DNA of 64,000 nucleotides from Nitrospirota bacterium (GCA_963699545.1 CAVOUE010000004.1:143410-207409), one strand, 5' to 3'; numbered from the stretch's first letter, positions 31,930 to 43,162 are shown. The notes: generated by a model not told the origin, from the letters alone. Numbers and translations: made by a program.

Positions 31930-32826
31930 TCACGTCGTCTTGACTATGAGCACAGCGCAGGGTGCAAGGCCGATCACCCTCTCTGTCACACTTCCCATGA
32001 GGAGCTTCTCAAGGCCGGTCCGGCCATGGCTTCCTACTACAATGAGATCGATATTCTTTTCAGTGGCCGCATTGACTATGGCCTCGTAAGGTTTTCCCTC
32101 CTGGATCAACCCCTCTATACCTATCCCCTCTTTTTCAGCAAGACCTTTTATGTTCTGTATGTTGCACTCAGCCGCTTTCTGCTCCTTGTCCGCAATAAGT
32201 CCCCTCTGCATTTCTGAATGGACGATGTCGAAGGGAGAGATGGATTCAGATGGGACGACCGATATCACCGTGAGTTTTGCTCCGCAGCGTTTCGCAATGC
32301 TCACGGCTTCCCTGGCCGCAGCATCGCTATGACGCGAACCATCGGAGGCAACGAGGATACTCTTCATCTCCACTTTGGCAGCTTTGGGAACGACAAGCAC
32401 GTTGCAGGGAGCATGCCCGATGACCTTTGCGGTCACACTGCCCATCATGAGCCGCTTGAGGCCGGTGCGTCCGCGCCTCCCCATGATGATCATATCGGCA
32501 TGTCTTTTTGCCGCCTCGTCAACAACATACCGGTAGGAGTCCTCACCCTGATGGATGCTGATTTCGCAATTCACCTGTTCCTTGGATGCCCGGTCCCTGA
32601 CCGCCTCAAGATATGTCCTTGCCTTTTCGATCTCCTTTTCCACCAGTTGAGGAGCGATCGTCTCGTATTCAGGATTTGTCTCCACGACCGACAGAGCAAA
32701 GAGCCTGCTTGAACATGTTTTCGCAAGGCTGATGGCCTCTCTCACGGCTCCTTCGCTGAATTCGGAGCCGTCCGTGGACAGGAGCAGGTTCTCAATTTTT
32801 GCTATGGGACATGCCTGACCGTTCAT
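31930..32826 (-). CDS. Tandem-domain universal stress protein
   Basis: Two USP domains with GRRGRTGLKRLMMGSVT and GSHGRTGLEKLLMGSVT. Confidence 0.95.
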   Translation of the reverse strand: MNGQACPIAKIENLLLSTDGSEFSEGAVREAISLAKTCSSRLFALSVVETNPEYETIAPQLVEKEIEKARTYLEAVRDRASKEQVNCEISIHQGEDSYRYVVDEAAKRHADMIIMGRRGRTGLKRLMMGSVTAKVIGHAPCNVLVVPKAAKVEMKSILVASDGSRHSDAAAREAVSIAKRCGAKLTVISVVPSESISPFDIVHSEMQRGLIADKEQKAAECNIQNIKGLAEKEGIGIEGLIQEGKPYEAIVNAATEKNIDLIVVGSHGRTGLEKLLMGSVTERVIGLAPCAVLIVKTT

Positions 32827-33243
32827 TTAGTGTCCTCCTGCTCTGAGGATGCCTGACGCCGCGAGCGCCAGGACCAGCACTTCAAGCACCGCAATGATAC
32901 CGTATACCGAATCCTTCTTCCTGAAAAGGATCGGGATAACCCTCATATAGCAGAGGATGGTCACTCCCGCGAGAAAGGCTATGCCGATAAAGTTGAGGAA
33001 GTCCCCCTTGCCGACCATCCAAAGCCATGACCAGCCGGGATGGATATGGGTCGCTTCGAGATATTCCTTCACCGGCATGGCCCAGTACCGCGGAAGATCG
33101 TTCACCGGGACATGGGGGGCAAGGATGCCTGCGGCGTATATAGAAAATGTGACGACGAGAGCGAGCAATCCCGCCTTCATTCCCTTGTCAAGGAGACGTG
33201 CATAAGCGATCTGCTCTTCGGTTGCTTTTACCCTTTTTTCCAT
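32827..33243 (-). CDS. Small membrane protein, DUF1634-like TauE neighbour
   Basis: 138 aa with three hydrophobic segments, directly downstream of TauE; family name is from resemblance only. Confidence 0.65.
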   Translation of the reverse strand: MEKRVKATEEQIAYARLLDKGMKAGLLALVVTFSIYAAGILAPHVPVNDLPRYWAMPVKEYLEATHIHPGWSWLWMVGKGDFLNFIGIAFLAGVTILCYMRVIPILFRKKDSVYGIIAVLEVLVLALAASGILRAGGH

Positions 33244-33334
33244 TTCGTTCCTCCTTTAATTAGCTGACGGTACATGATGCATAGCTCATGAGCCAACGAA
33301 TAAACTGCGAGCCATGAGCGATCAACTCGCCATT

Positions 33335-34339
33335 TCAATTCCAGATGCCGAGACCTTTCAGCAACGCCCTGAGGCCCGCAAAGAGCAGCATGACGATGAC
33401 GATGTAGCGCACCGCCGCAGGTTTTGTCTTCGTGAGTATCTTGACACCGACGATGGAGCCGAGCATGATGCCGATGATCGACGGAACAACCATCATCGGC
33501 AATACCGCGCCGTTGTTAACGTAGATCCATGCAGCCGATGTATCGGTTATGGAAAGCAGGAACTTGGACGTGGCAACAGATACCTTTAAGGGAGCACCCA
33601 TCATGAGATTCAGCACCGGCACGTTTGCCCATCCGGCGCCAAGTCCGAACATACCCGCCATGACGCCGATCAGGATGAAGGTCGCGAGCCCCTGGGGAGT
33701 CCTGTGGATCTTCCAGTTCACCTCATGCCCCGTGGATGCCTCGTGGTAGATACCGTTTATCCTGAGGGCGGTGGAGAGGGCGTCCGCCTGTTTTACCTCG
33801 GGATACTCAGATTTCCTTGCCACGAGCATGATGGCGACAATGCCGAGTATGGTGGCGCCCAATGCTGTATTGACGACCTTGGCGGGAAGGGCGAGTCCCA
33901 ACATTGCGCCGACAATGGCACATGCCGAGGCGATAAGCGCAACCGGGAGGGCGAGTCTCAGGTCAGCCATACCTTTTTTCAGAAGGCCCGGTCCTGCCGC
34001 AAGAGCACCCGAAAGGGCGACGAGAAGCCCTGCTCCCCTCACAAAGTCGATGTGGAACGGGAAGAAACCTCCTATGATGGGGACAAAAAGGACCCCGCCG
34101 CCCACCCCTCCCAGTACCGCCACAATGCCGAGGAAAAAGGTGACCACAAATAAGACGAGGGGCCAAACCCACCAGGGTGTAGACGACCCGGAGGGCGCGG
34201 GAACTGCGGTCGATCCGGTTGATGCAAATGCCGAACTGAGGCACAAGAGCAAGACACACGCTACGGAGATGAAAGCCATCAGGTTCGTGAGCTTTGCATT
34301 CCGGTTCTTGTTTCTTGAGGGTATCGATACCATGTCCAT
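33335..34339 (-). CDS. TauE/SafE family exporter, paralog 4
   Basis: GIVAVLGGVGGGVLFVP and GVMAGMFGLGAGWANVP. Confidence 0.9.
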   Translation of the reverse strand: MDMVSIPSRNKNRNAKLTNLMAFISVACVLLLCLSSAFASTGSTAVPAPSGSSTPWWVWPLVLFVVTFFLGIVAVLGGVGGGVLFVPIIGGFFPFHIDFVRGAGLLVALSGALAAGPGLLKKGMADLRLALPVALIASACAIVGAMLGLALPAKVVNTALGATILGIVAIMLVARKSEYPEVKQADALSTALRINGIYHEASTGHEVNWKIHRTPQGLATFILIGVMAGMFGLGAGWANVPVLNLMMGAPLKVSVATSKFLLSITDTSAAWIYVNNGAVLPMMVVPSIIGIMLGSIVGVKILTKTKPAAVRYIVIVMLLFAGLRALLKGLGIWN

Positions 34340-34362
34340 GATCCTTTCTTCAAAAGAAGTTA

Positions 34363-35124
34363 TTAGCGTATCTTTTCAAATTCAGTCTGGAATTTATACC
34401 GGTCGCTTCTGCCGAGGAATCTGGTATAGGCTACCGGAGTATTGTCGGAACTGAGAAGAAGCCTGTGAACGACAAGGACAGGGACACCGCTCCGAACTTC
34501 GAGCTGCTTTGCGTTCTCCCCGCTCACCGGCGAGATTTCGACGGTCTGAACAACCTTGAATATTTTCTTTAATCCCATTTCCTGAAGTACCGAATAGAGG
34601 GAGTGACGGGAAAAATCGACTTTTTCTATGCCGGGCACCATTCGATAGGGAACGAATGATTCCTCAAGGTACACCGGTTTTCCGCTGACTACCCGTTTAC
34701 TGAGGATAGAGTATGTTTTGTCAGCGGTCCTCAAGTACCCGCTTGCATCAGGGGGAGGCGTCTTTTTCCCCTTGTAGAGGATCTCTTTCTGCACCTTCAC
34801 TTCTTTCCCGAACATTTCCTCCGTGAACCTTGTCCTCATGGCAAGGCATCCCTCCGGCAGGACACCCGTGACAAATGTTCCCTTGCCCTGAACCTTGAGC
34901 AGATATCCTTCCTCGGCGAGATTGAGTATCGCCTGGCGAACAGTGATCTTGCTGACGTGGTATTCCCCGCAGAGGTCTTCTTCGGTGGGAATTCTTTGGC
35001 CCGGCGGCCATTTGCCCGAATTAATTTCTTCCAGGAGAATTCGTGTGAGTTGGATGTAGAGCTTCTCCCTGTTGAAGCGGTCGATAGTTCTATTATGCAA
35101 CTGCGCCGTTTCTCTTTGCATCAT
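34363..35124 (-). CDS. GntR family regulator, HutC/UTRA type; paralog of 29353..30096
   Basis: KLYIQL...IPTEEDLC...VSKITVRQA...QGKGTFV; both paralogs end in QTEFEKIR. Confidence 0.92.
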   Translation of the reverse strand: MMQRETAQLHNRTIDRFNREKLYIQLTRILLEEINSGKWPPGQRIPTEEDLCGEYHVSKITVRQAILNLAEEGYLLKVQGKGTFVTGVLPEGCLAMRTRFTEEMFGKEVKVQKEILYKGKKTPPPDASGYLRTADKTYSILSKRVVSGKPVYLEESFVPYRMVPGIEKVDFSRHSLYSVLQEMGLKKIFKVVQTVEISPVSGENAKQLEVRSGVPVLVVHRLLLSSDNTPVAYTRFLGRSDRYKFQTEFEKIR

Positions 35125-35130
35125 GTCGAT

Positions 35131-35159
35131 ATGATATTATAATGATATGATCGAGTCAA
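35131..35159 (-). promoter_or_regulatory. sigma70-type promoter, probably leaderless, overlapping a candidate GntR operator
   Basis: TTGACT-17 bp-TATCAT, then 6 bp to the ATG; no RBS. Confidence 0.55.
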
Positions 35160-35247
35160 GAAAATATCCCATGAATCTTTTTTATAGGTGAATTACGGGA
35201 GAACTGTGTTGACACTTCCCCGCGTCTACTGCTATAAATATAGGCCT

Positions 35248-36162
35248 ATGATCGAAAAGACCGAAAAAATATGGATGGACGGTGAATTCGTGGCATGGGA
35301 AAGCGCCAGCGTCCATGTCCTTACCCATTCGCTTCATTACGGTCTCGGGGTGTTCGAAGGGATCAGGTGCTATGCCACGGAAAAGGGCCCAGCAATATTC
35401 AGGCTCAAAGAACATGTGGACAGGTTGTTCAGCTCAGCTCACATCTTCCTTATGAAGATTCCTTTCACGGAAAAAGAGATTATGGAGGCCATCATTAATA
35501 CAGTGGCGGTCAATAAGATCAGGGAGTGTTATATAAGGCCCCTCGTCTACATCGGCTACGGCGCAATGGGGCTTTATCCCAAGGACAATCCCGTGAAGGT
35601 TTCCATAGCCGTATGGCCCTGGGGAACCTATCTCGGGGAAGAGGGAATTGCCAACGGCATAAGGATCAAGGTCTCTTCATTCATACGAGGCCATGTCAAC
35701 TCCAACCTTTCGCGGGGAAAGGTCTGCGGGTATTATGTGAATTCCCAGCTGGCAAAGAAAGAGGCGGTATCCTGCGGATACGATGAGGCGCTTCTGCTCG
35801 ATACGGAAGGATATGTTTCCGAGGGGAGCGGCGAAAACATTTTTATCGTAAGGAACGGGGTTCTCAAAACCACTCCCCTGACCTCCATACTGGAAGGTAT
35901 CACGAGGGACAGCGTTATGGAGATCGCACGGAATGAGGGTATCGCTACGGTTGAAGAACGATTTACAAGGGATGAACTCTATATTGCCGAGGAGGCCTTC
36001 TTTACGGGAACCGCCGCCGAGGTTACCCCGATCCGCGAAGTGGACGGAAGGATCATCGGTAACGGAAAGCCGGGGAAAATCACCAGGAAATTGCAGGCTC
36101 TCTTTTTTGATGTGGTCAAGGGAAGAAACAAAAATTACAGTTCCTGGCTGACGCACGTGTAA
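35248..36162 (+). CDS. ilvE: Branched-chain amino acid aminotransferase
   Basis: [55 protein letters not shown] promoter upstream. Confidence 0.95.
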   Translation: MIEKTEKIWMDGEFVAWESASVHVLTHSLHYGLGVFEGIRCYATEKGPAIFRLKEHVDRLFSSAHIFLMKIPFTEKEIMEAIINTVAVNKIRECYIRPLVYIGYGAMGLYPKDNPVKVSIAVWPWGTYLGEEGIANGIRIKVSSFIRGHVNSNLSRGKVCGYYVNSQLAKKEAVSCGYDEALLLDTEGYVSEGSGENIFIVRNGVLKTTPLTSILEGITRDSVMEIARNEGIATVEERFTRDELYIAEEAFFTGTAAEVTPIREVDGRIIGNGKPGKITRKLQALFFDVVKGRNKNYSSWLTHV

Positions 36163-36186
36163 AGAGACAACCGGGTTCAGACAATA

Positions 36187-36223
36187 AATAAAAAAGGCCC
36201 GAACCATTCGGGCCTTTTTTATT
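36187..36223. terminator. Bidirectional intrinsic terminator
   Basis: AATAAAAAAGGCCCGAA-CCA-TTCGGGCCTTTTTTATT between convergent genes. Confidence 0.9.
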
Positions 36224-36237
36224 GTAATTCAGTCAGG

Positions 36238-36552
36238 TTACTTCTTGTGGCACTTTCCACAATTTGCCGCATCACTTGACTTAAATGCCTTTGTACCGTT
36301 ATGGCACTCACCGCAATTCTTGCCTGCGTTCATGTCGGCCATGGTGATCTTCGCAGCCTTCTTCATCTGGAATATCTTCGTGTGGCAGTCATTGCATTTC
36401 AGGCCCTTGTCTGCGTGGATCTTACCGTCAAATACAACCTTGCCTGCTGCACCGCCCGCATATTCAACGGTCTTTCCCGGAGGTACTGCCATTGCGCTGC
36501 CGATAAACACCACCGCGATGGCTAATGTTAATAAAACGGTTAGTAACTTCAT
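36238..36552 (-). CDS. Periplasmic triheme c7-type cytochrome
   Basis: Signal peptide (..GSAMA) and three heme motifs CNDCH, CGECH, CGKCH; AGGAGG RBS. Confidence 0.9.
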   Translation of the reverse strand: MKLLTVLLTLAIAVVFIGSAMAVPPGKTVEYAGGAAGKVVFDGKIHADKGLKCNDCHTKIFQMKKAAKITMADMNAGKNCGECHNGTKAFKSSDAANCGKCHKK

Positions 36553-36600
36553 CTTCCTTCACCTCCTTTCATATGAGATTGTTGTCCTTCGGACAAATTA

Positions 36601-36615
36601 GCAATATTAATGCCA
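36601..36615 (-). promoter_or_regulatory. sigma54 promoter
   Basis: Minus strand TGGCATTAATATTGC. Confidence 0.75.
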
Positions 36616-37011
36616 TTGATCAAGACGACAAGCTAGTCCGGAAGTTCCCTTATTTTTCCTTTTGTTTATCCCGGCCTGTATTCGTCCCGTATTTCGAGCC
36701 GCCTCATTCGCATGTACCATTTAGGGAATATCTTCCTTTTTAGGGAACATAAGGCCGAGAAACAGTAAGAACTATAATAAATTCCGGCACGTATGTCAAG
36801 TCAATGTGGCGGCCGTCAGAGAAGAACGCTGAGTGATTACCGTGCAAATCGAGACATCATGAACGATGACCGGCGATCTTCTTCTTGAGGGTCAGGAGGC
36901 AAGTGGGTGAAACCCCTGTTTTACGACCGGCCAAACCAAAAGGAGAGGGGACTGAAATTCCGAAAAATGTACGAATGTGTGATAGAATATTTCCGATATT
37001 GATGGGTAGTC

Positions 37012-38526
37012 ATGATGGAGCGGACAATTTCCTGCGGCTGGAAGGCAGAGACGATCGCGGCTGAAATGTCGAGAACAGTGAAAATAGTTAACATTGCTGT
37101 CTTTTGCATATGGATCTCTCTGCTCGCTCTCCTGCTCTACAGGCAGCATGCCGGCGGGCCCCTGGAAAGGCAGGAGGCATTGAAGGGAACTCTCGGCAAA
37201 GCAACTTACTGGTACGACATTTATTCGGGCCCGAAAAAGATAGGGTTTGCCCGTTACACGTTTGAATGGGTAGGAGATGAGGTTATTATCAGGCATGAAC
37301 GGGAAGTGAGGGTTAAGCAAGAGGATGGAGAAAAACTCCTTAACGAAAGCTACCGATGTCTCAGTAATTCCAATTATGCGATAAAATCCTTCGAGTATTC
37401 GTCCCGTTACAATGACAAAGAAGGGATAAGGGTCGCCGGTGAAGTGGGTTCGGATGAGATCGTCTTTTTCCTCGAGTCGCCGGAAAAAAGGAAAACCTTC
37501 AGGAGATCAATAAGAGGGAAGGCCGTTTATGTCCCCACGACATTTATTCCCGCCATTATCCAGCAAAACCCGTCTCCCGATTCCTTCTTTATCATCCCTA
37601 TGTTGGACATGGGCAATCTTTCCGTCAATAACGCCAGCGTCATGGTGGAAGAGATCAGGCCGGTCAAGGTGGGCACGGAGGTGGTCAGTTACTACAAATT
37701 AAGATTGGGAAATGACATTTTCTGGAGCAACAACAGAGGAATTAGCGTGAAAGAGGAATATCCTTCGGGAACGACCCTTTATTCACAGATCGAGGCAATA
37801 GCAAAGGACCCTCAGGACAGGGTCCTGTTCGATTATCTTTCGCTGCCGTACCTGAGATCCGACAAGATTGTGAAGGACGCGGAGGACCTGAAATTGCTTA
37901 AGGTGAGGATCAAGGGATTCCCTCTGGACCCGAAGCTTTATGAGAACAGTCTTGTTACGCTCACGAACGATCTCCTCAACATTCAGAAAGGAGATGCGGA
38001 GGAGATCAAGAAGAAAAGCTATTCATTGCCCTCTAAAGATCATGCAGTGAGCAATTATCTTGGTGCGGATGAATTTGTTCTTACTTCTCACAAGTCAGTA
38101 AGGGGAAACGCGCTGAACATGGCCACGCTGGAAAAGAATGATGCATTTCGTCTGGCAAAATACCTGAATTCCAACCTCTATTTAACGATAAAGACAGCCC
38201 CTCTGTTCGTGCTTACGAATTCTCTGGATACGTTCAAATCTCACGTGGGCGATCATCTGCAAAGGACGGTCATGTTCACTTCCTTTGCGCGAGCTGCCGG
38301 GCTTCCCACCCGTCTCATCGGAGGGCTTGTTTACCGGGAGGGCTACTTCTATTTTCATACATGGCCGGAGGTCTGGTTCGGCAGGTGGATACCCGTGGAT
38401 CCAACCCTTGCCCAGTTCCCTGCCGATGTGACCCACATCCCCCTGAAGGAGGGAACACTGAAAGACGTTGCTTCGATGGCGAACGGTTTTAAATTGCTCA
38501 ACCTTGAGATCCTGGAGGTTTTATGA
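37012..38526 (+). CDS. Membrane-anchored transglutaminase-like domain protein (start uncertain)
   Basis: ARAAGLPTRLIGGLVY...HTWPEVW...WIPVDPT. Confidence 0.85.
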   Translation: MMERTISCGWKAETIAAEMSRTVKIVNIAVFCIWISLLALLLYRQHAGGPLERQEALKGTLGKATYWYDIYSGPKKIGFARYTFEWVGDEVIIRHEREVRVKQEDGEKLLNESYRCLSNSNYAIKSFEYSSRYNDKEGIRVAGEVGSDEIVFFLESPEKRKTFRRSIRGKAVYVPTTFIPAIIQQNPSPDSFFIIPMLDMGNLSVNNASVMVEEIRPVKVGTEVVSYYKLRLGNDIFWSNNRGISVKEEYPSGTTLYSQIEAIAKDPQDRVLFDYLSLPYLRSDKIVKDAEDLKLLKVRIKGFPLDPKLYENSLVTLTNDLLNIQKGDAEEIKKKSYSLPSKDHAVSNYLGADEFVLTSHKSVRGNALNMATLEKNDAFRLAKYLNSNLYLTIKTAPLFVLTNSLDTFKSHVGDHLQRTVMFTSFARAAGLPTRLIGGLVYREGYFYFHTWPEVWFGRWIPVDPTLAQFPADVTHIPLKEGTLKDVASMANGFKLLNLEILEVL

Positions 38527-39269
38527 TAGAAATACTTGACTGCACAAAGAGATACGGTGAGCTCGTTGCGGTGAATAACCTCTCCCTCAGGGTTGGGGAG
38601 CAGGAGATTTTCGGACTTCTCGGGCCCAACGGTGCAGGGAAATCAACGGCCATCAAGGTGATGGTGGGCCTGTTGAGACCCGACTCGGGGACCATAAGGA
38701 TTGGAGGGTATGATGTCGGCCAGGACCCTGTGAACGCGAAAAGAAATCTGGCATATGTCCCGGAAAAAGGGTATGTTTATGACAAGCTGACTGCCTGGGA
38801 ATACCTCACCTTTATCGGCGGGTTATACGGCATGGACGAAGGGACGTTCAGTAACGCTGCTTCCGGATATCTCGAGTTGTTCAGCCTTTTGGAGTGGAAG
38901 GATGAGATGATCAGCAATTTTTCCATGGGAATGAGGCAGAGGCTTCTGCTTTCTGCCGCATTCATGAGGAGCCCCAGGGTGATCATACTGGACGAACCCC
39001 ATAATGGCCTTGACCCCAAGGGGGTACGGCTGCTGAAGGATGTCCTGTTCAGACTGCGTGATCAGGGTGCCGCGATTATCCTCTCCACGCATATCATCGC
39101 TATCGCAGAAGAGATCTGCGATAAAATCGCCATCATCAATAAAGGGGCGGTCATTGCACAGGGCACAAACGAAGATCTGAGGCATTACGCGCGGTCTTCG
39201 GACAAAAACCTCGAGGACATATTCCTCCGTCTCACATCGGATTACGGGGGCCAAAAGGAGCTTCTGTGA
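38523..39269 (+). CDS. ABC transporter ATP-binding protein
   Basis: GPNGAGKS, FSMGMRQR, ILDEP. Confidence 0.95.
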   Translation: MIEILDCTKRYGELVAVNNLSLRVGEQEIFGLLGPNGAGKSTAIKVMVGLLRPDSGTIRIGGYDVGQDPVNAKRNLAYVPEKGYVYDKLTAWEYLTFIGGLYGMDEGTFSNAASGYLELFSLLEWKDEMISNFSMGMRQRLLLSAAFMRSPRVIILDEPHNGLDPKGVRLLKDVLFRLRDQGAAIILSTHIIAIAEEICDKIAIINKGAVIAQGTNEDLRHYARSSDKNLEDIFLRLTSDYGGQKELL

Positions 39270-41002
39270 AAGGTCTCGCTATCCTTATGGCGCCTGTTCT
39301 CTGGTCCGTAAAAAACGATGTCATCCGTTTTAACCGCTCTTTCTACAGGAACGTATTCTTCTGTGCCGCTTCGAGCGGTCTTTTTTTGTTCCTCAGTACA
39401 AAGATGCTGAATATCGGCATGACAAGATTGCAGAGTTTGTCTCCCGATGTTTTCAGGATACTTCTCATTAAAGGCTACTCCCTTTTTTTTATGATCATTT
39501 TCTTTTCGCAGATGGTGAACGGGATTGTCATTTCGTTCAATACCTATTACCAGTCAAAGGAGATGGAAATCCTCCTGACATCCCCGATCGGCAGAACGCC
39601 ACTATTTTTTTCGAGACTTCTGGAGACTCATATGAGGGCATCATGGATGCTTGTGGTTTTTGGATTCCCCTTGCTCGTTTCCTGTGGTCTTCTTTACCAC
39701 GCAAACCTCTTTTACTACGTTTACGCGTTGGTGCTCTTTGGAGCCTTTTCGACCCTCTCGGTGAATATTGGTGTCGGTCTCACCATTATTCTTTCGAGCA
39801 TTTTTCATGTCAGGAGATTAAAGAAGATGTTCTTCTCCGGTGGTGTCGTTGTCGTTGTCTTCCTGGTCATTCTGATGAGGGTATTTAAACCTGAACGGCT
39901 TGTAAATCCGGAACTGTTTGCAAACCTTGCGCTCTTCATCAACGAGATGAAAAGGCCTTCCTTTATCCTGCTGCCTAACCGCTGGCTGAGCGAGTCCCTC
40001 TTTAATCTGCTGGGAAACGCGTTCAACGCGAATACCCTCATCTACGTATCTCTCCTCGTTCTGACGGCCTATGTGACCACAGTGCTTTCAATGGTAACCT
40101 TCGGGAGATATCATTACAGAGGGTGGGCGCTCTTACAGGAAGGGGGTATCATTCATCGGAAGGAAGCGCTCCTTGATTCACCGCTTACCCGCCTTGCAAG
40201 AAAGATAGCGTGTTCACGGCCGGTGCAGACACTTTCACGGATGTTGGGAGAGGAAAGCAGAACGATGATAATGAAGGACTTCTTGTTTCAGATAAGAGAT
40301 GTGAAGACCGTTCATCAGATGATCATCGTTTTGTCATTGATCATTATCTATCTCCTCAGCGTCGCTGCGTTGCCGCTGAACTGGGAAGGATATGCGGTGC
40401 AACTCAAGTACCTCATTTCATTCTTTAATCTCGGGCTGATCCTCATCATTGTTGCCTCTCTCTGTTCACGTCTTGTGTATCCCGCTGTGACCTCGGAGGG
40501 GACCTCGTTATGGATGGTGAAGACATCCCCCATTACGCCAAAGCGGTATATTGTGACGAAATACCTTTTCTTTGTCATTCCCATAGTTCTCATAGGGCAA
40601 TTGCTTGCCATATCATCTTCACTTATGATCGGTGTTGACGGGACTTTTACCCTCTTGAAATCTGTCACGACTGCCCTGCTCAGTCTCTCCCTCTCGGGGT
40701 TGGCGGTGTTCTTCGGGACCTCTGACATGAGGCACGCAAGAAGTGAGACCCATCGGACGGAAGGCAGGACCGAGAGCACGGCCTTCATGCTTGTCTCGCT
40801 TTTCCTCATATTCTTCACACTGGCGCTGGAGATTGCTCCTGCATTCCTCTATTTCCTCAAGGAATCACAGATGAGCGGCTTCACCACAAAGGCATGGCTG
40901 GTGATCGGAGGGACAACCATTTTCTTGCTTCTCATGAATCTCTCTGTCACCGTCTTTTCTCTCAGATTGAGCATCAAGAAGGTCGAAGAACTTCAGGTTT
41001 GA
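39266..41002 (+). CDS. Putative ABC exporter permease
   Basis: 578 aa, many TM segments, overlaps the ATPase stop. Confidence 0.85.
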   Translation: MKGLAILMAPVLWSVKNDVIRFNRSFYRNVFFCAASSGLFLFLSTKMLNIGMTRLQSLSPDVFRILLIKGYSLFFMIIFFSQMVNGIVISFNTYYQSKEMEILLTSPIGRTPLFFSRLLETHMRASWMLVVFGFPLLVSCGLLYHANLFYYVYALVLFGAFSTLSVNIGVGLTIILSSIFHVRRLKKMFFSGGVVVVVFLVILMRVFKPERLVNPELFANLALFINEMKRPSFILLPNRWLSESLFNLLGNAFNANTLIYVSLLVLTAYVTTVLSMVTFGRYHYRGWALLQEGGIIHRKEALLDSPLTRLARKIACSRPVQTLSRMLGEESRTMIMKDFLFQIRDVKTVHQMIIVLSLIIIYLLSVAALPLNWEGYAVQLKYLISFFNLGLILIIVASLCSRLVYPAVTSEGTSLWMVKTSPITPKRYIVTKYLFFVIPIVLIGQLLAISSSLMIGVDGTFTLLKSVTTALLSLSLSGLAVFFGTSDMRHARSETHRTEGRTESTAFMLVSLFLIFFTLALEIAPAFLYFLKESQMSGFTTKAWLVIGGTTIFLLLMNLSVTVFSLRLSIKKVEELQV

Positions 41003-41025
41003 CATTTCCACTTGCAGCAGGGGCT

Positions 41026-43162
41026 TCACTTCTTTTCTTCGATCTTCTTGAGAAACTGGTCAATGCTGCCCTGTAAGGCATTGTTCCCTTTTACCAATGA
41101 TTTTGCATGAGAAAGATATTCCTTCGCCTTTTCACTCTCGCCGATATTAAAATATATTTTGCCCAGATTGAACGCTGCAAACAAGTTATTTGGATCAAGA
41201 TCAAGGACACGCTCGTAATACTGTGCCGCCTGCTGATATTTGTTCATGGCCATGTAACAGATCCCAATATTTCCTATCGCTCCTATATTGTCCGGCTTCA
41301 AAAGAAGAGATTGTTCAAACGCATGAATTGCCTCTTCGTATTTGCTCACATTGACATAAACGTTTCCCAGGTTGTACCAGGCGTCCCATGCAGCAGGATT
41401 AAGTCCCAACGATTTTAGATAGAATTGTTCCGCCTCGGTATAGAACCCGAGCTCATAGAGAAATGCGGCAAGGTTTGACTGTGAGACCGGGTTCATCGGC
41501 TCAGTCGATGCCGTATTTCGAAGGTCATCCAGTTTTGGCAACAAACGTTCCCTGATACGATGTACCCCTTCTGTCGCCTTTTTCGAGTATTCGTTGAGGG
41601 GGTCCAGGCTTTTTGTCGTAAATACCTTTCGATAGTGCTTCAGTGCGAGCATATCCGATCCCGTTTTTTCATATGCCTCAGCAATGAAGAGGTGCGCTTC
41701 TTTCAGGGCACTCGCTCCTTCCTCCAGCGCCTTTTGATACGCCGCGAGGGCTTCGGGGTACCTGCCTGACTGGAAAAAATGTCTTCCAAGGAAAAGGCTG
41801 TAATTATAGCTACCGGTCCTTTCCCGCTCCTCTTTAAGATAGGCCAGGGCTTTTCCACGTTCTCCCATGTTCCACAACGCTGTAGCAAGATTGCTTCTGT
41901 CCATGTCCGGATTGACTGATATGGCCGCCTCTAATATGGTCACATCTGAACGCCAATCGAGATTTCTCATAAAGCTCATGGAACTCCACACCACTATTAT
42001 TCCCCATGCGAGGAACAGGAATGCTCTCCTCTTTGTTAGGGCAATCTTCAGGAGAGGAGCAAGTATGAGCCCAAACCCCAAAACCGCCAGGTATGCGTAT
42101 CTATCCGCAACCATGGGACTGGTCGGAAAGATATTGAGTACGGGTCCCAATGAAAAAAAGGACCACAGCGCTCCCAGAGCCGGCAAACGATGTCCTTTTC
42201 TCCAGCACACGGCCATGAAGACTACGGTCAGAACAACTATGGATAAGAGAAAAGAGATGAATACAGGCCCTCCTGATTCAAAAGATACGGGGTAATCAGT
42301 GCTCAAGGGATAAGGAACAAAGAGCTTCTTCAAATAGAAGAATGGTATCTGTAATGCCTTCTTGGACACTATGATTATATTGGATGTCCCATAACGGAAA
42401 ATGCTTTGGTTCAAAACAGTTGTTGCCGAGGCTATCTTGAAATGGAGAACAGATCGCAATACCGTTGATCGCAAAAAATAAAAGCAGTATGAGCGACTTT
42501 TTTCTCAGGGAAATGATCTTTTTGGGAATGAGCATAAAGACCACGGTGAGAAAAAAGGGATAAAATATGGCGCTTGCCTTTGAGAGGAGCGATAGAATAA
42601 AGAGGAATGCCGACAGATAAAGAGAATAATTCTTTTTCCCGTAAACGCCATCGATGCACACATTAAAAGAGAGGAACAGAAAAAGAGCCGCAAGGATATT
42701 ATTGCGTGCTGCAACAAAATTAACGACTTCCGTATGCAGGGGGTGGACGGCAAACACAAGCGTACCCCAGAAGGCTATAAAATCTCCTTTTTCTTCCCCC
42801 ACGACGTCAGAAAGGTTCTTAAGCATCTTGAACAGGAACATCAGGCTGGCCAGATACAAAAGGAGGTTTGTCAAATGGAAACCAAAGGGTCTCATACCCC
42901 AGATTCGGGCGTCGAGGGCCAGGGTAATATCCCGGACAGGCAAATATTCAAAGGAATTGGCTTTTGATAGGAATATCCTTGTGAGGTCAAAGGACCTGTA
43001 GACCTCATTGTAAACCATTAAGATCCAGTCATCGCAGACAAAACCATTTCTTAACGAATTGAGGAATATGATCGCAGTTAACGCGAGAATGGGATAGATG
43101 CTGTTCGAAGACAGGGCTCCCTTGATGTCACCCAGTTTCTTAATGAGTCTGTGTTCCGTCAC
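41026..43162 (-). CDS. TMTC-like GT-C membrane glycosyltransferase with C-terminal TPRs; frameshift near 42450
   Basis: GFVCDD, FHLTNLLL, FAVHPLHTEVV, LSLLSK, ADRYAYL, then TPR repeats. Confidence 0.75.
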
